Shown here piece after piece: positions 63,439-64,000 of a stretch of 64,000 nucleotides of DNA. The DNA is from Chloroflexaceae bacterium (GTDB taxonomy: Bacteria > Chloroflexota > Chloroflexia > Chloroflexales > Chloroflexaceae), in the NCBI GenBank assembly GCA_028282325.1, contig JANQID010000050.1, positions 1,820 to 65,819 of the forward strand, written 5' to 3'. The translations under genes and the position numbers were made by a program. Within the stretch, counting starts at the first letter, position 1. Every line of letters begins with the position of its first letter. The notes below the pieces were generated by a model that was given only the letters and a program-made list of their open reading frames with translations, searched no databases and was not told the origin of the DNA.

Positions 63439-64000
63439 ATGCGCGACCACCCGGCGATCTCCCCGATCAAGCGCCCGGCGGCGAGGCGCCTGCCGCTGGC
63501 GCTTTTTTTGCTGCTCACCGGCTTCTATCTCCTCACGATGAGCGGGCACACCTACTCGTCGGATGCGGAGACGATGTACGCGGTCACGCGTGGTATCGCG
63601 ACGCACAGCGATGTCGCCGTCGCTGCGCCCGACGATGCGCCGGTGTCGGCGTTGCGGTATGGCCCTGATGGGCGTAGCTACTCGCCCTATGGCATCTTGC
63701 CTTCGCTGCTGGCGCTGCCGTTGTTTGCCGTCGGCGCGCTGGTTGCTCCGCCGGACGCTGTCGGATTTGACTATGCCACACGTTTCGCCGTGACGGCGTT
63801 GAACGCGCCGGTGACGGCAGCGACGGCGGCGTTGTTGACGGCGTGGGCCTTGCGCCTGGGCGCGCGACGGAGCGTCGCGGTTGCGCTCGCGCTGCTCTAC
63901 GCCCTTTGCACCTTCGCCTGGCCCTACGCGCGCACATTTTTCTCCGAACCGTTGGCGGCGCTGCTGCTGTTGCTCGCCGCCGAACGCGTTGATGCCGCCC
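63439..64000 (+). CDS. polytopic membrane glycosyltransferase-like protein (GT39/GT83 ArnT/PMT-like), N-terminal part only
   Basis: Absent from the ORF track because there is no stop before the window end. My translation from ATG 63439 reads MRDHPAISPIKRPAARRLPLALFLLLTGFYLLTMSGHTYSSDAETMY... and stays open to 64000 with several hydrophobic helices. The family assignment is tentative. Confidence 0.6.
   Translation, partial: MRDHPAISPIKRPAARRLPLALFLLLTGFYLLTMSGHTYSSDAETMYAVTRGIATHSDVAVAAPDDAPVSALRYGPDGRSYSPYGILPSLLALPLFAVGALVAPPDAVGFDYATRFAVTALNAPVTAATAALLTAWALRLGARRSVAVALALLYALCTFAWPYARTFFSEPLAALLLLLAAERVDAA

Overview
High-GC bacterial chromosomal segment (by eye about 60% GC, with AT-richer islands at 1-1000, about 3800-4100, about 15260-15500 and about 32960-33460). 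The gene content suggests Chloroflexota, but that is inference only. I support about 55 protein-coding genes, one RNase P RNA, two gene relics, a few hairpin or repeat elements and several terminator or promoter candidates. I found no tRNA, rRNA, CRISPR array, transposase or integrase. Main blocks in order:
- (i) A partial agmatinase, and a fused gene carrying an acyl-ACP-reductase-like domain.
- (ii) An 11-gene co-directional redox supercluster at 4115-15259: tandem-module HdrA, MvhD, a FlxB/C-like FeS protein, HdrC, HdrB, an SdhB/TfrB-like FeS protein, an SdhA/FrdA/NadB-family flavoprotein, then KorDABC.
- (iii) A 7TM-PAS histidine kinase.
- (iv) rnpB followed on the same strand, within about 12-40 nt, by an NYN + cold-shock-domain gene and an HD hydrolase.
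- (v) Two paralogous Bat-type clusters (DUF58, VWA). One has a MoxR ATPase and a DUF402 gene. The other lacks MoxR and carries a small palindromic repeat element.
- (vi) Housekeeping genes: acyl-CoA dehydrogenase, PTS enzyme I, rpoD, a TrmJ-like methyltransferase, a 3-hydroxybutyrate-dehydrogenase-like SDR, RNase PH and an HhH-GPD glycosylase.
- (vii) A large secreted FG-GAP + 2xLamG protein, and a Ser/Thr kinase with a duplicated extracellular module.
- (viii) A PspC + OmpR/HAMP two-component envelope module.
The best candidates for something undescribed are the Hdr/Qmo-type + Frd/Tfr-type + OGOR supercluster and the rnpB-NYN/CSD-HD array. The rnpB itself also has a non-consensus but base-pair-compensated P4 helix. 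All functional calls rest on motifs I read in the translations. I ran no database search.
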